A DNA stretch of 64,000 nt from Lama guanicoe (Eukaryota): NCBI GenBank assembly GCA_013239625.1, contig MU053606.1, positions 1 through 64,000 on the forward strand, read 5' to 3'. Each line of letters starts with the position of its first letter. The first letter of the stretch is position 1. Below the pieces are notes generated by a model, which saw nothing but the letters and a program-made list of their open reading frames with translations, was not told where the DNA came from and made no database searches. Position numbers and translations under genes: made by a program. Shown here in pieces: positions 51,720 to 63,834 of this stretch.

Positions 51720-51900
51720 AATGCTTACTATTGCTTCAGCACACATCTGTTTTTCTAAATCCTCATAATCACCCTGTGGGGAAGGAAATATTATATCTCT
51801 TTTACAGATGAGGAAGTAGAGCCACGTGGAGATGATGCAATTTGCCCCAAATGAAGCAACTATTAAGTGAAAGAGCTGAAATACTCAGAGCCCAAAGACA
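51720..51900 (-). mobile_element. MIR SINE
   Basis: aatcctcataatcaccctgtggg...ttttacagatgaggaagtagag...tttgcccca. Confidence 0.7.
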
Positions 51901-52379
51901 CACTAACTGTAGAGCACTGTCTCCTACATGGTCTGTGAAATCAATTCTAATTCATTGCAGAACGTTTACAAACTTGACACATTTCCATTTTTCTTCCTAG
52001 CACTTAGTGGGTTCAATATTTCTTAAGAAACAGGAAAGCTTTCCATTCTCTTTCCTCAAGTTTCTTCTTACTTACCTTCTGATCATAAGTTTAATATTTG
52101 CTCATTAAAGAAAATTTGAAAGTACTCAGTAGTGGACAGAACTGCTGTCCTAGATCTTCCACAGTCTTAGAAGAGGATCCAGATTTTGCTTTAGTATAAA
52201 TAACCTCCCTTCTGTTTTCATTCCTGTGATTTAAGATCGATTGACCCACTCTTTCTGAAGCACCAGAGGTAGATCTCATTTGGTTTAAGACAAATAATAC
52301 TCCTCATCTTATTGGCCTTGCACATGATTTGAGAATTGGCAAATAACCCAGTAAGAGCCACTATTATGTGAGGAGATAA

Positions 52380-52710
52380 GTGCTGGTGCCCATGTGAATG
52401 ATAAGCTTCCTCTATCAGGAGAGGAAGCTGCCAAAAGAGACCTCTCTTGGTTTGGATGGATGTATGATCTGAGATGCTGAGTGCCTAGAAGCAGCATGCT
52501 GAGACATCCTTGGATGCAGAATGAAGACAGGACAAAAGCAGCCATTGACATCATCTGGGCTAGAGTATTTCTCCCTGACTGAAGCCAGACCTCAGACCTG
52601 AGGTTTTCATTTACAGGAACCAGTAAATCCCATGCATCCCCAGTTTTTGGTTGTTGTTTAAACACTTTGGAGATTGATTTTGTCACCTACAATCAAAAGA
52701 CTCCAACTCT
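52380..52710 (+). mobile_element. MaLR LTR fragment (old MLT1-like)
   Basis: 3' end ...ttttcatttacaggaaccagtaaatccc...ttttgtcacctacaatcaaaagactcc. Confidence 0.5.
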
Positions 52711-53120
52711 GAAAATGAATAAAAAATAAAATAAGAAAAATGCTTCTACCTATAGACATAATTCCTTCAGAACTGTGCATTATTTGTATATTACAAATCA
52801 TTTTATATATTAATTTTATTCTCAGACCTATCATAAGCATAACACTTTGACATGTCATAAAATATTTTCATGGACACACTTTTTCATGTCTACATAAAAC
52901 TCTACTATGTGAAGTGTTGGAAGAATAATTAGGCTGAGATTTTATATATATATACATATAAAAGTATGTCTGTGACTTGCATCCATACTGACTTTTCCCT
53001 GTCTTTTTGAAATACTTACTGATTAAAAGTTTTTCAAAGCTGAATTAGTGGATTAAAACGTATGAATATTTTTGACTCTTGATATGAACTGCCAGACTGC
53101 TTTCTAAGAAGGCTGGAGGA

Positions 53121-53171
53121 GTACACCAGAAATTAACACAGCATTGTAAATCAACCATACTTCACAAAAAA
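53121..53171 (+). mobile_element. Very short L1 3' tail inside an older antisense L1M-like region (~52730-54060)
   Basis: gtacaccagaaattaacacagcattgtaaatcaaccatacttcacaaaaaa; same family as 42276 and 63596. Confidence 0.65.
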
Positions 53172-53224
53172 TATCCAGTAACCTAGGCTTGGGATTGGTG
53201 ATCACTGGCACTTCTTCCTCATAA

Positions 53225-53294
53225 ACAGAGCTGTGTCACTTGAGAGGTGGAAAACTATTTCACAGAGCTGTGTGAGAGGTGGAAAACTATTTCA
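53225..53294. repeat. Short two-copy tandem duplication (~32-37 bp)
   Basis: acagagctgtg...tgagaggtggaaaactatttca occurs twice. Confidence 0.85.
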
Positions 53295-54336
53295 TTTTGA
53301 TGTGCACTGACTGAATTACCATTGGAGTGTGACATCTATTTTTTCCTTTGTGAATGTGTGTTCATCTTCTCTGTCTTCTACGCTCCTGAGATTTTTTGAT
53401 GTTACCTTTGAAATCATCTGAACTCTCTATGTATTGAAGAAATTAGCCCCTTGTCACATTTGTAAACAAATAACATCCTCTGGTGTTTTGTTTAAAATTA
53501 GGATGCTTCTGATGCATGGAAATCTTTATATATTTTCCTCTGAAACTTACTGCTCATCTAGAGGTTGTATATTCATCCATATTTATTTCTAGATTTTTTC
53601 TAATTGTGTTATTTTTTAAAAGTTTCTGGAATTTATCACAATATATGGTTCACTATATGATTTCAATCTTTTCCCCACAAGTAGCTAACAAGTGTTCCAT
53701 TTACTGAATAATCTTTATTTATCTTCCTGATTTGTAATGCCTTCCATCTCTTATATTAAATTATTATTGATATCAGAGCCCATATCTGGACTTCCTGTCC
53801 TATTTTCTAATCTGGCTATTCTTGAACTAGTAAAACTCTCATTACCTTATTAATTATTATATTACTAATATATTTTGTTCACAATAAACCTCAAATCAAT
53901 TTTATAACTTCTGATATTTTGGAGGTATGATCTTTTAATCTAGAATCATGTGATTAATGCATCTTTTATATCTTTCAGTAGTTTTTACTTTCATTTTTTT
54001 GATAGTTCTTTCTATCCTTTTGTTAGGCTCTCTTAGACATTTTACCTTGGTTGTTACTCTTGGAAAATTTTAGACTCCTTAATGCCTCCATCTGGTCTCT
54101 TAATAAGACCCTGGAGAATCCTAAACCACTGATCTGATTTTAACAAATGAGGTGAAAAGAATTGGGGGAAGCACTGTGAGCAGAAGAGACTGTGGAACCT
54201 CCAGAGTGGTGCCCTGCATTGGGTCAGATGTTCTCTGGATTAAGTTTTCTGTATGAGACAACATAGTTCCCAGCTTGACTTTCAGTTTTCTCAGCATTTC
54301 ACATTAGATTTTAAAAAGTCTGTGGCAGGTTCTTAC

Positions 54337-54412
54337 CCAGAAAAAGAGCACTTGCACAAAGGGTTATATCTATACACTTTCCCCAGGTGGTAAATGGAAC
54401 ATGCTCTTCTTC
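54337..54412 (-). pseudogene. ANO6: ANO6 pseudo-exon 12 (76 bp; 2-nt deletion)
   Basis: tacttag|EEEHVPFTTWGKCIDITLCASA / FFW|gtaaga. Confidence 0.92.
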
Positions 54413-54662
54413 CTAAGTAAAAAAAACAAGTTTAGTCAATCAAGGGATTACACCAATGAAATTATTTTTCTCCTAACTGGTCCTAAATCCTAAACATAAT
54501 TTAAAAAACATATTTTTCAGACATAGCCTCCTTATTTGTAACTTCATGGGGTTTTTTTCCTTTTTTTTTCTTTTCTTTTCTGTTAATGATGTCAAACATA
54601 CATACAGTGTTCATTTTAATACTATTTTTTGAAAATGCACATATGAACAGTAAACTGTTTCA

Positions 54663-54936
54663 NNNNNNNNNNNNNNNNNNNNNNNNNNNNNNNNNNNNNN
54701 NNNNNNNNNNNNNNNNNNNNNNNNNNNNNNNNNNNNNNNNNNNNNNNNNNNNNNNNNNNNNNNNNNNNNNNNNNNNNNNNNNNNNNNNNNNNNNNNNNNN
54801 NNNNNNNNNNNNNNNNNNNNNNNNNNNNNNNNNNNNNNNNNNNNNNNNNNNNNNNNNNNNNNNNNNNNNNNNNNNNNNNNNNNNNNNNNNNNNNNNNNNN
54901 NNNNNNNNNNNNNNNNNNNNNNNNNNNNNNNNNNNN
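54663..54936. other. Assembly gap (274 N)
   Basis: Run of n. Confidence 1.
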
Positions 54937-54964
54937 TCAAGATTTAATTATAAAAGCAGATATA

Positions 54965-55215
54965 GTATAATAATAGCTGTAACTAAGTACATGGCCCTTC
55001 CTCTGTGCCAGGAAGTCTTCCAAGTAGGTTCTGTACATTAATTCGACCCATCCTTACCACAGTCATGAAGAAGCAACTCTTTTATTCTTATTTTATAGGA
55101 AACTATGGCACAGAGAAGTCAAGTTGTCCAAGATCACCCAGGAATCAAGCTGCTGTGTTTAAATATGAATTTAGGCAACTTCATTCGCAAGGTCTCACTA
55201 CCACAATGCTGGCCT
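54965..55215 (-). mobile_element. MIR SINE
   Basis: ctctgtgccagg...ttattttataggaaactatggcacagagaagtcaagttgtccaagatcacc. Confidence 0.65.
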
Positions 55216-56450
55216 CTCTAAACAATGGAGCATGCATTCACAATTAAAGTAAAATGCTTCAATTTAAAAACTAAAAAAAAATTAAACAATTTTTTAAATA
55301 AGGAAGAACGATAAAGTGAAATGAGTCTTCATCTTCAATTTTTCAACAAGCATGTTCCAATGAAAATTTAAACTTATTAGTTGGCAATTTTAAATTTAAA
55401 ATTGGCAGTTTAAATGACCAAAAAACTTTTCTTCAGTATTTTTTATATGCTGCCAATATGATACATTTTTGTTTTTCAGGACTGAAAAACATTATGAACA
55501 TCTAATTTTGTCTTAGTTTCAGCTTTCATCTCTGAATATACAGTCTTTCACCAACATATGCTTTGACCCCCATCTTCAGTTGTAAACAATGGGAACTGTT
55601 CATAATGGGGATTATTAGAAGCTTATTACATTGTAAAAGAAAAATGTCACTTTCTATTGGCAGCTGAACCTCATTTTTTTTCCATTTATAAAAAGAGGAT
55701 TATCACCTGCTCCCTCCCAAACTTTTCAGTGCCAACATTCTGTAGATCTGTGATTCAATTTATTAAATCTATAGTTGGAGACATTTTCAGATGCTCCTAG
55801 TAAAAGCATTTTCTTTCCGAGTTATTCATGCTCACAACTTACTGTCCTGCTGCTGCTGACTGCAAGGAACATCAGCTTTAAATTATCTCAGCTGATGGAA
55901 AGAAGCCATAATACAGATGACTCAAAAAATCATCTTTTCATAGCTCTGGAATGTTGATACAAAGATATATAGTTTTACTTTTTTTAATTTTGCAGCAGGA
56001 GTGGCAGCAATAAATTTACATTTCCAATTATATAAAATGCCTAGCTCAAACACTGATGGCACCTCAACAAATGTTTCCCTGCTTCTTCTGCCCTTTCTCT
56101 GACTTTAGGATGAGAGCCACGGTGATTTGTGCACATCCCAAATGGAAAGGGGAGCAGTGACCAGGACTTAGTTCAAGACAAATGGGCACCTAGTCTACAA
56201 TGAAATGAGGCCACAATAATGAATGCACATGTGAAAATATGGGAGTCAACTATAAAAACCAATGTGTCTTTCCTTCTACATCTATGTCATAGTGGCTAAT
56301 TTATGTTTTGCATTTATTTATTAGTGTTATGAAAGGATACAAACCAATGCCTCTTTTCTTATAGTCTTATACAAGTCTTTTTCTTTTCCCCCATTTTACT
56401 GTTATTATGAAGGAAGGACCACACTTCTCTTCTGTGTCCACCATTCCAGG

Positions 56451-56630
56451 CAGTGCTCCTTCACCTTGGCTGCACATTAGAATAACCAGAGGAGCCTTAA
56501 AAACTTCCATATGCCAGAATGCATCCCAGGCCACTAAGTACCATCACAGTTTGCAGTGATGGAATCCAGGCACCAAAATTTTTTAAGGTCCCCAGGTGAT
56601 TCCAAAATGCAGCCAAGGCTGACAAGTCCA
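56451..56630. mobile_element. hAT-Charlie MITE (MER5A1-like)
   Basis: cagtgctccttcaccttggctgcacattagaataacc ... ccccaggtgattccaaaatgcagccaaggctga, with palindromic ends. Confidence 0.75.
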
Positions 56631-56673
56631 GAAGTAAACAGACTAAAGTTCATCTAAATAGCACTCGCTTTTC

Positions 56674-56810
56674 CTGGGTAATCTCAACTATCTCCACGTG
56701 GGGACACTGCACCTCCTATTCTAGCCAGAATTGTTCTTCCTGCTCAACCGTGTCCCATTTGTACTCAAGTTCTGCCTGCCGCTGCTTCCAGAACTCCAGA
56801 AGTATGGTGA
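56674..56810 (-). pseudogene. ANO6: ANO6 pseudo-exon 11 (137 bp; 6-nt deletion, TAG stop, donor reads GA)
   Basis: ctgttag|tc TILLEFWKQRQAELEYKWDTVEQEEQFWLE*EVQCPHVEIVEITQ|gaaaag; stop at 56716-56718. Confidence 0.94.
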
Positions 56811-57137
56811 CTAACAGAGAGAGATAACAGCAGAATGTGGATCTTCAGTGATGACTGATGCTTCAGAAATCTGTACTTGATATTTATTAACCTTAACACT
56901 TTGGTAAATGGTTAATAAAATCACATTTTATTTACAGGTGATACTAAAGAGAAACATGAGCTAATGCCTTTTTTTTAAGAGAAAAGGAAATGTAGATATT
57001 TTATTGAACTTTTGAAAACAGACTAGCTCTCTAGCTCAGGGGAAAGGTATTAACGTGATGGTCAGAGGCAAGTGACTGTGTCTGATGCTAAAGTAACTGC
57101 TACCAGTACATTATGCCCACTAAAAACACAAATATCA

Positions 57138-57240
57138 GGGGGAAGGGTGGGTATAGCTCAGTGGTAGGGCACGTGCTTAGCATGTACAAGGTCCTGGGTT
57201 CAAGCCCCAGTACCTCCAGTAAAAAAGAAAGTTAAAAAAA
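57138..57240 (+). mobile_element. tRNA-Ala(AGC)-derived SINE (camelid vic-1-like)
   Basis: G-rich leader, then gggtatagctcagtggtagggcacgtgcttagcatgtacaaggtcctgggttcaagccccagtacctcca, then A tail; A and B boxes present; CpG decay. Confidence 0.85.
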
Positions 57241-57689
57241 GGACAAGTAACTGTCATAATTTAAAAGCAGTGCACGGTCCATCCTCCAAGTCTTCTCTTC
57301 ACATCCCTCTGTCTCTTCTGTCCAAAGGACCTGAGGGTGGGGAAGGGGATCAGAATGCTTTAGTAGCCCCTGCATTTCTATTTTCCACCACCCCAGTCAC
57401 ACAAAATTAAAATAATATTTTTAAATATGGAAAACTGCCATTTTCCTCAATCTTCAGTAAAGTAATTTTTAGAAATCATCATTCTGTTTTAAGACTTGTA
57501 ACTTCAAATATTAGACAAAAACAACATGAAATGTTAATTGAAAATTTGGCTTCAGGGTAAATCCCCTAAGCCCTTCTTCCAACCAGATTGTTACCCCTAG
57601 ACCCCAACTGCAGAGAAATTCCAGAATAACCACTGTTCCCTCCACCATTATACCTGAGTCTCTACCATGCTCTGAGAATAAAGAGAAAA

Positions 57690-58500
57690 AAACACAGTCC
57701 CTGCTTCCGGGAGCTCCTAGGTGCATAGGAGTCATAGTGAAATGATGGCTGAGGAGGTGTGTTAAGAGGACTTGGATAACAGTCAGCAGAGGGTGCTTGG
57801 GGCAGAGAGCTGGAACTGCAGCCAAGGCTCTCCCAGAGGAGGGAACCACTGTACTGAGTTCTGAGATGCCCTAGAAGTGATCAGGTGAAGGTATAATGTT
57901 AAGGCCATTTCTCCCTGGGAAGCTGTGCATGCAAAGGAGGGAGGCCAAAGAGAGCCAGGTCCCTTCCAGGAACTGCAAATAGTCTAGAAGCAAGCACAGG
58001 GTGTGGGAAGCAGGTGAGGCAACCAGGTGAAGAGATCACAGGTGCACATCACAAAGGACTCTGTGTGTCTCCAAGGTAGAGGAGACATGCAAAGTGATCT
58101 AGAAAGAGACAAGATAGAGGCAGGGAAACCTATTGGCATGTTCATGTGAAGGCCTGCTGAGGCCCCACCAGGAGGAGAGAGAAGAAAACATTTCAGCAGG
58201 TGGATGGAATGGCCACAGGTGTGATGGAAGAGTAGGAAGAGGTCAAAGATGCTGGCCAGCTTTCTGGCTTTGGAAGTGTCCTAAATTATAGTGCCAGTCC
58301 CTGAAATAAGAAGGGCAGGAAGAGGGGCAAGTCATGAGAGGAGACAACTGATTCAGTTCTGGCTGGGTGCCTGTGGGCTCCAGGAGAGATGTGCAGTAGG
58401 CAAATAAAAGTCTAGAAATCAGGAGGAAGTTCTAGGCTGAAACAAGTAGTTTTCCTGTTTCATAAGGCTAATGGGTGTGAGTGGAGAAGCTCACGAGAAG
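57690..58500 (-). mobile_element. L2 fragment
   Basis: GA-rich antisense L2-like motifs (gatagaggcagggaaacc; aagaggtcaaagatg; cagtaggcaaata...tctagaaatcaggaggaagttctaggctg). Confidence 0.55.
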
Positions 58501-58616
58501 AGGTGTAGAGGGGTAGCTCTTACCCTTCTGCACATGGGAAGCATCTGGGAGCCTTTAAAAAATAATGTGCCCCACCCTGGGGTGGGACTTTTTACTGTTT
58601 ATTGTTTCTTAAATAC

Positions 58617-58734
58617 TTCTTTCCTTTTTTGGGGGGGTAGTTAGCTTTATTTATTTTAATGGAGGTACTGGGAATTGAACCCATGACCTCTTGCATGCTA
58701 AGCACGTGCTCTACCACTGAGCCGTACCCTCCCC
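58617..58734 (-). mobile_element. tRNA-Ala(AGC)-derived SINE (camelid vic-1-like)
   Basis: Minus strand ggggagggtacggctcagtggtagagcacgtgcttagcatgcaagaggtcatgggttcaattcccagtacctccattaaaataaataaagctaactacccccccaaaaaa. Confidence 0.88.
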
Positions 58735-58984
58735 ACCTTTTTTTGTTTTTAGACATTAGCTCTACTGAGCAGTCAGTGTTGAGAATCAACCTGTAGAGAG
58801 CAGAGAGCCTTGGGGTACAGATCAAGGAGAAGTTGCCCAGAGCCCTGCAGACCCCACCAAGGGCAGCCGGAGATGCAGGGAGCCTCGGATGGGCTGTGAG
58901 GAACGTGAACTCAACAATCCCCAATGGCGAAGATGAAGTTTCAAGCATTCCCAGCAGTGTTTGTTCTGACTTTACTAGTTTTCC

Positions 58985-59175
58985 AGTAATAGTGAGTGAG
59001 AATAGAAATAATCTGGACACAGGGATCAAATTCAAATGCTGGTTCTGACCATTCTTAGCTGCGTGATTACTGATTAAAAGGTTACCCGTCTGCCACGTGT
59101 AAAATGGGGACCTAGAACCATGCTCATGGTCTGCTGTGAGCATAATGAAATGACACCTATAAAGGCGCTCCTGAC
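58985..59175 (+). mobile_element. MIR SINE
   Basis: ttcaaatgctggttctgaccattcttagctgcgtga...gtgtaaaatgggga. Confidence 0.6.
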
Positions 59176-60696
59176 TCTCAGAGGTAATTGCTACTATTGT
59201 CCCCACTTGGGACACCAGAAAACAGAGTCACAGAAAGCTTCAAACATTTGCCCAAGATGAGGTTTGGGGTCAGGAATCAAGCCAATGACTTCGTGGATCC
59301 AGAGCCCAGGGTCTTCTTACGAGCAACACGGCACTGCCCTGGCTCCCTGCTCCAAACCCGCCTCCCTTTGGCTCAGTTCCATGGTGCTTGTGCTGCACAG
59401 ATGTCATCACTGCCTGCCTGCCTGCCCAGTGTCTGACCCCAGCACTCCTCCCTCCATCCCACACATCGCTTCCTTGGGCACACCAACCCTCATGAGGACA
59501 TTGCTGTGGCTGCTCGGATGTTTACACAGAAACTCAGGTGGCAGCCCAGCATTTTGCTATACCTGCTGCTGTCAGTGGAGGCAAAGAGCTCACAGGTGGT
59601 GGGGGAGGCCACTTCTGGTCTCCTCCTTGGCTGGAGAGCTGGATGGAATCCAGTTTCCCTCTGCAACTTAGACATCCAGCATGAGAGATATGTAAGGCCA
59701 TCTGGCCTCTCAACATAGAAATGATGCCCCTGCAGTCATACTTATCATTGCAATCTCCTGGCTCCACCAGGGAGCAGAGGCCATGGCCTGTTGTCCACCA
59801 AGTTTTGTTTCCTTGTACAACAGCTACAATGGGGTGAGTTAACACTGGACCAGAAAATCTATAAAGCCCTTGTGTACTATTTCCTGACACTTGCAGGTCA
59901 CCCAAATTCCCCATATCCTCCAAGTAAACAACTAGTAAGAGGAACTGAGCTGGCTCATCTGTCAGATCCCTGATGGCAGGACCGATCTGGCCTCTCCTGC
60001 TCTCGGGATGATCCATTCTCCTTCTGTGTGCCCTTCCCCGAGTGAAAGAGACTGTTCTTTGTTTATGGGCTAGGGAGGATTTATGGCTTTCTGACCAGAA
60101 CCTTCAAAAGTACAGCTCTTGGTGAGAATGGAAGCATAGCACCCACGTCTCATGAGCTCAGCTACCCAAAAGCCTCATCTAGCCAAGACTGTGGCCAACA
60201 CCAGGGGTCCATGCTGTTGAGTGTTGGGTCTGGAAAGCAATGCCTCCACCACTGAGAAGCTGCCCCACCACTTGTGCCCTTGTCCCCATCCAGGGGGAGG
60301 TGATGCATCCATGGGATGAAAGCCTTGAGGGCACTAGGTGACTGTGAACCAACCTATGACTGGCCAGTCCTGCCCCCCATGTGACTCATGTTAGCCTCAC
60401 ATGCAGAAAATCCCCAAAGAGACCCCTGTTTGAGTGAATGGGTCACCTATAAGCCAACTGTCCTCAGGCCGCCTAAGAAGCAACACAGTATACACAGTGA
60501 GCCACCCACTCACTGAAGTCCCCAAGGCTCACAGCTCCCTAATGTGACACCAGGTACCCCCGGCAAACAGAAGACCCTTACTTTATAATTGACATGAGAA
60601 TTCTACTGCCAACACTGCCTCCCACCTTCCACTTATGAAGTTCTTTCCACTCTGTCCCCTGCTCTGCAATTGTGCAATCAGTCCAGAGCTCCTACA

Positions 60697-61306
60697 TGAG
60701 ACAGGAGAGAAGGGGGCCGGGCACAGCCATTAAAAGAATGGCACAGCAATTAGCACCAAGACGGTGGAAAAGTCAACTCCCAGTAGATCTTGAGCTTCAA
60801 TACACACTCACCAAAATACAGCAGGATGCTAAATGGCACTTCCACAGGTGCCAGGACAGGTTCAAGGCTGACCATAAAAGGTCAAAGGGTGAGTCATGGC
60901 CCAATTTCTGGGAATCCCAACACCTTCCCCAAAGTGTTTGGAATATTCCTCCTACTTATTAGCATATGAAGATACTGAGTGCATAAAAACTAACAACCCC
61001 ACACCTCGTGGCTGCTCTCTCTGTTGAGGGAGACAGACCACACTCTGTCTGTGGAGTGTGTATCTACTTTTACTTTAAACTGGAGCACCCAACCCCAAGC
61101 CTCATGGCCTTTCTCTTGCCTTATGAAACAGCCCACTCTGTCTATGAAGTATATATCTCTTTGAATAAAACTACTTTTACTGAACTGTGGCTCTCTCTTG
61201 AATTCATTCCTGTGCAAATCAAGGACCCACACTTGGCGAGGTGAATCCCAGGGACCCAAATAAAACCAGGGATATGCCATCCTCTCCCCCACATTTTCCT
61301 GTATCA
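60697..61306 (+). mobile_element. ERV1 solo LTR, MER41-like
   Basis: TG...CA termini with taca/taaa flanks. 3' half cactctgtctatgaagt...aataaaactacttttact...ttgaattcattcctgtgc...caaggaccc...ttcctgtatca resembles MER41-family consensus; ttctgggaa motif. Confidence 0.75.
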
Positions 61307-61407
61307 TAAATTCCTTCCCAAAGGATCTCACATTGTGCACTCCAAAATAGACAGCACTCATGTGTCCTGACCTGGATCTGCTTCTGAGTGTATCATTTCT
61401 CATGTCC

Positions 61408-61506
61408 ACTAGAATGTCACCTTCATGAGGACAGGGATTTTGTTCTGTTCACAATGGTAGCACCAGCACATCACAGGTGCTGGACAAGTATTAGCTGAAT
61501 GAATGA
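61408..61506 (+). mobile_element. L2 3' end
   Basis: ctagaatgtcaccttcatgaggacagggattttgttctgttcac...gctgaatgaatga. Confidence 0.7.
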
Positions 61507-63595
61507 GCTGTGGGTAGTCCTGTGATTTCCAGATGGAACTACTAGCCACTTGGCTCCCAGCTGACTCCTGTTGCTCCCTGCTACTCATGGCTGACCTCTT
61601 GCCACCACTCTCTGCTTTGCCATCACCTGAGTAGGGATGAGCTGAGATGAACATACACCCCAGAGAGCATGGCGTCTGGTTCATGAGGTTGCAACACACT
61701 CGCCCTTTGATTGCTAGTGGTTACTTAGGATGGACAAACTGAAGGCAGTACCAAGTGCACCGCCCTATCCCACAACTCACTTCAAGAACCAGGACTGCAC
61801 ACAGGGGAAACGCTGGCCCTTTCCAACTTAAGGAGAGGGACTATTGGTGAGAAAAGGGTCTCTGTCAACTAACAGTCTCTTTACAAGCCCAGACTTAGAA
61901 AAGCTCTTTAAAGGCACTTTAGGTATCTTCCTTGTGTTTCTGTAATCCCTCTAGATTTTGTCATTTTAATCTACACATCAGAAATACAGATGCTTTTGAA
62001 ATCTCTATTGATTTTCAATGAAGAAAATCCTCAATTTCCTTCTCTGCTAAGAAAATTACTGCACTTTATATTAAAAAAAAAGCAGCTTCCTTTCATAAGT
62101 TTCTATCTTCAAACACCTAACTTCACAAGAATCAGTGAAACAGAACATGAAAATCATGCTGAGCTTTATCATCTACAGGTGGGCAGGGATGAAATGAATG
62201 AGTACTGATCTCATGAGACGGGAAGGCTGGGGCTGTCTTATTCCTGCTACAGATGGAAGGATCCATATCTGTGAGAGTGAGGAAGGACCAAGGAAGAGAA
62301 ACCAAAATTTTCTAACCCATTTCTCTTTTTCAGAGTCCCAGACAAATCAGTGTGATTGTATAAACAAAAACAAGAACATCTGCACCCTTCGAAAAGCACA
62401 CTACAACTTTACTACTACACATGGCACTCTGTCACTGACCTAAAGGCTGATGACAGCCAAGAAATTTGCAGGGATCTTATTCTATGCTCATCCGTTTTTG
62501 TCTTTGGAACCTCAGGAAATTTACCTCCTCTCCCTGAGTGTCATTTTCCTCATCCTTCTAATGGGAGTGTAACAGTCATTCATTTGCCCAGTGTCTATTC
62601 GACAACAGGAGACAGCTTATGAAAACAACAACAAAAAAAGCAAAACAGCAATTCTGATCTGTGCTGTCTTCCTCCTCCTCCCTGAACATGAACTTACAGG
62701 GTAAAATGGCATCATTCACTAAATCCCGAACTTAAGGAGCAGTTCTGATAAGGAAGTCACAGGACTGCTGTGTAACAGGGAAATGACCTGGTGAAAAAGA
62801 ATGAGTTGCCAGCAAATCCTCAAAACCCATAAGGTTGCAAACCCTGGGAGCTACAGGCATGGGTGGGAGTTCCTTAGTTCCCCATTTCACAAAGCCAAGA
62901 ACATTGCAGGGTCCATGAAAGACACAGGTAGCCCAGTACAACCACACCACTGTTTGGAGTACACCGGGGCCACATCGCTGCTGACCTGTACTTCTGTGTG
63001 TCCCAGAGCAAGAGCCCTGGGCGGGGGTGATTGTGTCTGAGGCTGGACAAGAACTTCCTGTTCTGTCTCTTTTGCTCTCTCTCTTCCAGCAATAAAACAA
63101 CTGGTAGGACTCTGGTGGGGAGAACTGCACCCACATTCTCTGGCAAACCACACACCAGGCAGCTCTAGCTGATCTGAGAGAGGACTCTTCAATGAACATA
63201 TATACACCAAAGTCAGGCAGAAGGCTGCCTGTGACCTTGGGAATCCAAACCAGCTTGTCCTGTTAATCAGGATATTCAACATCTAAAGAAAGTGTGCACC
63301 AGATGAAGACGATGCCTTAGACAGCATTGGAGATTATGTCCAGCAGTGTCTAAGGAAAAGTCATGCTCTGGTGGATGGGAGCATTTTGGTTGCTTTAAGT
63401 TTGCTACTGAAGTGCTGGGACATTTCATTGGGCCTTGAAACTCCAGACCTCTTTACTCACAAAGGCAGACAAGTTAGGTGAGCCAGCTCAGCCTTTATTC
63501 CAACTTCCTAACCAAAAGGCTATGAGGTTGAAAATATATTTCTCAGACTCTTCTGCAGCAAGGGTTCCAGAAGTGGCTTTAAAAATGCCCATCAG

Positions 63596-63834
63596 AGATT
63601 GAGATTTGCAAATATTAACTACTGTATATAAAAATAGCTTAAAAAAATACATTTCTTATGTATAGCACAGGGAACTATATTTAATATATTATAATAACCT
63701 TTAATGAAAAAGAATATGGAAAGGAATTCATACATATATATGTGTATATGAATGACTGGAACCTTGTGCTGTACATCAGAAATTAACACATTGTAACTGA
63801 CTATACTTCAATTAAATATATACATCTAAATATG
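63596..63834 (+). mobile_element. Older L1 3' end inserted into an ERVL (LTR16/LTR33-like) LTR
   Basis: tgtatagcacagggaactatattta...tgtgctgtacatcagaaattaacacattgtaactgactatacttcaatt. 11-bp TSD atgcccatcag (63585-63595 and 63835-63845) after ttt/aaaa. Flank atttctcagactcttctgcagcaagggttccag is LTR16/33-like. Confidence 0.8.

Larger units (their letters stand above)
21712..56810 (-). pseudogene. ANO6: Unprocessed (intron-containing) anoctamin-6/TMEM16F pseudogene, exons 11 to 18 (partial)
   Basis: Seven complete exons and one partial exon in ANO6 order on the minus strand, each with a pyrimidine-tract AG acceptor. Translations match ANO6 as I recall it (e.g. [75 protein letters not shown]). 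Multiple frameshifts, 2 premature stops and 2-3 altered donors. Intron 10 probably runs past the window end. Confidence 0.93.

Noticed and set aside
50230..55041. Long ORFs containing X runs
   Set aside because: Artefacts of translating through N gaps.
33421..56810. Functional ANO6 gene with sequencing errors
   Set aside because: Lesions include stops, donor changes and many missense substitutions, while the adjacent 3.8-kb L1 ORF2 is error-free.
57138..58734. Genuine tRNA-Ala genes
   Set aside because: Extra G-rich leader, A-rich tails, CpG decay and stem mismatches indicate SINE copies.
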